Part shown: piece by piece, positions 59,000-64,000 of the stretch
How positions within the stretch are numbered: the first letter of the stretch is position 1
Layout of the letters: each line of letters starts with the position of its first letter
Source of the DNA: Piedraia hortae CBS 480.64
Lineage: Eukaryota
Reading direction: 5' to 3'
Assembly (NCBI GenBank): GCA_010093745.1
Contig: MU005976.1
Span: forward strand, 186,001 to 250,000
Length of the DNA: 64,000 nt
Notes under the pieces: generated by a model
What the model saw: the letters and a program-made list of their open reading frames with translations, nothing else
Database searches by the model: none
Told to the model about the DNA's origin: nothing
Made by a program: the position numbers and the translations under genes

Positions 59000-61632
59000 G
59001 ATTCAATTGACGCTGAAGGATTCTACATGAGTTGCCGCTCTTCCGTTGAATGAATAAAATAGATTGTCGTTGTGACAACGTGCTGTGATTCTAAGGGACA
59101 TGAGCAGTATGCATGGATTTTTGTGGAGGCTTGAATCCGCCAAGCCCTGTTGGGATCTGCGAGAATTGAACTTGTCCAGCCAATAAGATTGTAAGCCGAG
59201 GTCCGTGCAATTTCCAACCCGACTGTTTGGCTCTATTTCGGCGTCCTCTTGCATCCTGCGGGTTCAACCACCTGGTTCGAAGGATTGCAGTTCTCGTCCT
59301 TCCTTGTCACAGTCAACCCTGGGTATAGTGGCAGATCTGGCACATATATCATGTCCGCTACACCAAAGATCCGCTGTATCCCGGTATTTACTGGTGTACG
59401 AAAACCAAACTGATGGTGCTGGCAGTTTGATAGAGAGGAGTCTGTTGTATCAAGAGTCCGCTATACCCTGGTCCAACAGTAAAGTCTCCAGCAACTCCTC
59501 TCCACGACCCATTGTGGCACCTCCGCGGGACTCCACCATGTCGCAATGTGGCGTCATTCAAATGCGATTCCTGTTACGTCTTCCATCTTTAGATTCCTTC
59601 TGGGTGCTATACGAAGTTGGTTTGTCTCATGGGTACTAGTCAGAACATTGAGGCATGTCTTGACTACACCTTCCCAGTCATTCATGCAATATTCACAATA
59701 ATATACACCCATGCATCGACACATTCACATCGTCTATGTGACCACCTTGCCTCAAAATCATGCTTGGGCCACAATAGAAAGAACTTCCAGGTAAAAGACA
59801 CGAACCCAACGAAATTCGGTGCTTGTTTAGAGCATGTTTGATACATAGCTCTCACGATATGATCTTGACACTCCCCGAGACGAGATTCACCGTACCGACT
59901 GAATACTCTTATCCCACGAAGTAGATGCACCAGCGGAAGAGATGCTTTCATGCAGCTTGGACTCTGTCGATTTGCAAGTATCCTCCTTCACAGGTACTCA
60001 GTAGTCCCAGATTGGTAGTCCAGTCTTCCATTACGTCTTGCGGAAGCGTGAAACGAGCGTTTTGATGCCTCAAGAGCTGGGTGAAGATCCCATTAACCTC
60101 TGGATATTCCGACGTGCTCTGAAATTTCCATGGATTCACTTGTAATCGGCTGCTCCAGTCGAATGTACCGATGTGCTCGCCAATACGAACTTCTTCGCTA
60201 CTGCTCTGTAGATGTGAATGAGTCTCCATATACAGCTTGCTTGTGGATTGAAACATGCCGTGTGTTGACATTGACGGGTTGATTGGCGTTGGATTTGCTA
60301 TTCCATCTCCACGCATGAAGCATGTAAAGTCTAATTTGACCCACGAGTCAGACAGCTTCCAGTGGGGCCTATCGAATTTGGATACTTGGATGTGAGCCTC
60401 TTAAGATGGATCAGATCTAATTGATCATCAGTGGGTTTGTCCAAAGCAATCCTTACCATTTGTGCCTGTCTAGAAGCTGTTTCGAACCTGAAATAGGATT
60501 GGTTCTTAAGCACGAATAGTTCACGGTCAATCGCAATCATTGTGGTGGCATTATAGCATCAGCATCGTCCTGGTACGCCGCATAGTCCTCTTATCAATCA
60601 GTCAATCCGGCAATTTCAGGTTCTTCGGGTGTGTATGGTGTCGACATCTCGCTTCTGATGCTGTCGTTTTGATTAAACTCATGAGCTGGTTAGTTCTGGC
60701 ACTCATTGCAACAGTCAAACGTTCTAATCTACGTAACAGATCAATGTTCACGACCACTCCCTCTACATCAGTCTAGCCGTATTGGTATCTTCGCGGGTGC
60801 ATCCAGCCTAGGGAGGCCATTGTGCTCTTGAGTATTCTAGATAGGCATCGAAAAACCAGTGGCTTGGACCGCAGAAGATCACTGTGAGTCGAAGGGAGCT
60901 CGGCAGTTTCCGCCAGGTCAACACACTCCGAAATTTGTTCTAAAAATTTGAGCAAGAATCCTCACCGCCTGTTCCACGTCCTTGTTCGTTTTACGATACC
61001 ACAACGGCAAGCCCTCAAGACAGGAAGAATCCAGTCGGTGAGAAACGGATCAAGAACACCATGGATGATGCCTCGTCGACTGAAAAGCCTCGCAAGCAAT
61101 CGCGGGTGCTGCAGCTTCGTGAAGGGACCAACTTTTCGGTGGACGGGAGCAATACCTCTAATCCATGAACGCCACATCTGACAAATTCCAGGCTGTTCAA
61201 AGGGGCCTTCGCCGTATGCTGCATTTCAGATATACGACAGTAGCATCAGGGGCAGCACGCACTCCCTCGTCGCAAGTATTATCTTCAAGGATCAGATCAG
61301 TGTTTGACTGACAATCATCTCCCAGGAGGAAGCCCTTCGTCAGAAATTTTTATCCTACGAACAGCTGGGGCTGGTCCGCTCCCGCATGTCGAAGTGGCGG
61401 CGCGTCGCCTTGACGCAACCATACGTCGTCTGCCCGAGGCAAAGGCCGGGGGATAGTTGGAGGACTTTGTGAAGAACCGGGGGGGTAGGCGTATCGGTCC
61501 CTGTCCGAGGGAAATGGCAGAGGCGGTTGCCGTCTGGATGAGTCTACGTGTACTTTTCATTTTGGCTTGGCTAATGTCGTGTTTTTGCGGAGGTGGAAGT
61601 GGGAGAGATTTCGAGACGCGGTGGACTTTCAT
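59000..61632 (-). pseudogene. Long disrupted lineage-specific gene
   Basis: Chain of abutting minus-strand ORFs from the ATG at 61632 (61315..61632, 60962..61177, 60773..60955, 60331..60540, 59948..60316, 59682..59951) separated by stops and frameshifts, with no intron signals noted. Confidence 0.4.
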
Positions 61633-62249
61633 AAGGCGTCTGAGAAGGCCTTCGATGAGCTAACCGACGACCAGAGGTAGGTGGCTTGTGGAAGTGATGT
61701 GACGATTCGTGGTGCTGATGAGATTTTTAGAGCACGTATACTGCAAGACGATCTTGAGCGATGCCAGTGGAGTAAGACGGGTGAGCCTTTTGGGCCATAT
61801 TTGAGTGAGTAGTTGGCTACATGGCTATGCGTGGTCGTGATACAGCAGTTGTGGTGTCTAGTGGTTCAAAAATGTGCTCATGACTGTGGAAAGCTTCAAC
61901 AGACGTCAATTAGAGAAACATTAGTAGAAGCAGACAAAAGTGCTTGCTTTCAAGATGGATACTTTTGCGGGCTTTGCTTTGTACATCTTGGCTTGTGCCA
62001 TCCTACATACATAACAAAACAGTGATGCAAATTTACAAGATGACGCTAAGCATTAGCGCAAACTTCATTTTTTATAGGACGCCACTGAGCTCCATTGCAA
62101 TCTAAAGTTTAATTCCCAAGGAAACATTTTATGATGACGAATAAGTCCGCATTAGGACAACATACAATCTCAAGTGTGCAGAAATCCCTGAATGTAAGGT
62201 GACAACGTCACGGGCACTGCACTCCCAGTAGAAGAGGCCTGACAGCTAA

Positions 62250-63600
62250 GGCACATCAATCTCGTCAAAATCAGCCACCAGCGTCATCCCAATCCCCCAA
62301 TCATCCGGAACGCTTGATGTTTTATCATCCTCAGCCTCGGAGAGAACTTCCGTGGTGTGGTATTCCTCCTCGTCGAATCAAACCTCTGCAAGAGCCTCGG
62401 CACCCTCCACAAGCTTCGAATTGCTGTAGATGCCCATCTACAGTAATTCAAAAAAAAGTTCGTGCCCAGCCCACGCGTGGCTGCGCGTAATCATCCCAAA
62501 CTCCTTTGACAGCCATGCACACGACGCCCCACAAGCTACCTACCCTGGACAAGGAGGAAATCCGGCAAACTCATTGACATATTTAACAATCGAAGTAACC
62601 AATGTCCTGGCGGTATATCTATCCACGAACGCCCTGGCGAATATATGAACCCAAAGCGTCCACAACCTTGACTCCAAGCCTGGACGCCACCTTAACGGAG
62701 GTACCTTCGATAGTCACACGATCGTCTGTTATGTGTAACTCCTTGCGAGACTAAGTAGCGGTCAGTGATCCAACTCCTCAGATTCGAAAGATCGGAAACA
62801 ACAGACTTCAGCTTCGTCGAAGTCACGACGTACATGTCCAGGTCCGTAGGGATTTCCAAAGAGTGGGTGATCACTCCCACATGTTCCGGATGATCGATTA
62901 CGACCATCCTGTAAAACATCATCGCCCCGCAATTCTCGAGCAACTCTAAAGAGAACCAAGGCTTACGTCTACCAGCGATGCTGAAGGTATGCGAATTCAG
63001 CCGCGCCTTCCACGCGACAGTAGGATAACAATCTACCCCACTCGATCCCTTAGGGAAGTCGAACCCCACATAGTGAAAGTCCCTTGAGGCATGGATGCCG
63101 GTGCCGGACAACTCACCAGCCGAATTCAGCAACATCTCTGGATGATAAGGAAGAAACCCTTAACAGACTTGAGATTCAGCAGCAACCATAGTGGTAGCCA
63201 CCTGATAAGGTGAGTAGGCATTCAACCAACTGCCGATGCATATCGCATTATATCCGGGTGAACAACGCCACTCGGTGAACAATTGACATTCCATTCTCCT
63301 TGCACGTATCGATTGTAAACGGATTTGTGAAGCCCGGTACGGGTCACTTTGGAAACGTCGACGAAATCACGATAGAACCTGAATGCGTCCAAACTCTGAT
63401 GTCTCTCAAGTATAGCACCGAGTCAAGCGGGGTCTAGGATCAGATGGGCTTTGCCAAGGCCCGATTCCAAAGCTGGGATGATGGCTGGCGACAACACCAC
63501 CGCAAAAAAAGCCACTTTAAACGCCGACAGCATCAACCACTCGACTACCAACCTACGCATTTCAACGTAATACGCATATACTGGCTGGACACGAGACCAG
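62250..63600 (-). pseudogene. Disrupted lineage-specific gene
   Basis: A 147-aa protein-like ORF at 62692..63135 with broken continuation on both sides. Boundaries approximate. Confidence 0.3.
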
Positions 63601-64000
63601 CGTAAATTCTGGAAACATCTCGGTTAACAGGGATATGTCTTCACTAGCAAGGGAAACCGTAACTATCGAAACGGGTTTACTCACCTGAAACTACCCCTTG
63701 GCGGCTGACAACTGGTACACCCTTTTTCTATGCTGTCAGCCACGTTAGTGAACATTGGATGCGTGGTTGACCGTGAGACATTGTTCTCCAGAGCCCATAC
63801 GTATAACTCGTGTACATCTGTACACGAGTTATCGGCAATTGCGAGGCTAAGAGAGTAAGAGATGCACCCGATGGTGTAAATATGGGCGTATTTCAGCCCC
63901 AGGATGCGGAGGCCAGACTCCTGGTTGGAGGATTGTCGCAGAAAACGGCGATGATGCGACTGGGTCCCACGACTTGGACAATCTTGCCAAGCTCACTCGC

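Noticed and set aside
62131..62192. C/D snoRNA-like ATGATGA...CTGA
   Set aside because: No terminal stem and only ~9 nt of possible rRNA complementarity; chance-level.

Overview
Eukaryotic fungal genomic DNA: a compact filamentous ascomycete, Dothideomycete-like by protein style (inference; not established from the sequence). Introns are mostly short (44-65 nt) GT-AG with CTRAC/CTAAY branch points, and several large genes are intronless. About 19 conserved housekeeping genes are recognisable: IMP2, GLTP/HET-C2, ANP1, a Zn2Cys6 transcription factor, FAD1, a NUP49-like nucleoporin, FIP1, SUA7, TFB4, MRP20, a GEA/GBF1 ARF-GEF, PAT1, KRE2/MNT1, RIP1, BCP1, TOM20, EXO84, PRP22. Four pairs share divergent promoters of only ~105-160 bp. 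Accessory stretches hold a decayed CACTA/Plavaka-related transposase, a TSD-flanked probable solo LTR, a copia RNase H fragment, an internally deleted Tad1-like LINE and decayed orphan genes. A membrane-anchored fucose-lectin-like beta-propeller gene lies convergent with a secreted GH25 lysozyme. No tRNA, rRNA or CRISPR could be supported. I did not find a clearly novel multi-gene system. The most notable unexplained signals are recurrent C-rich to G-rich strand-skew flips, a (TAGGG)9 tract, several perfect palindromes, and two spliced gene models missing from the ORF track.
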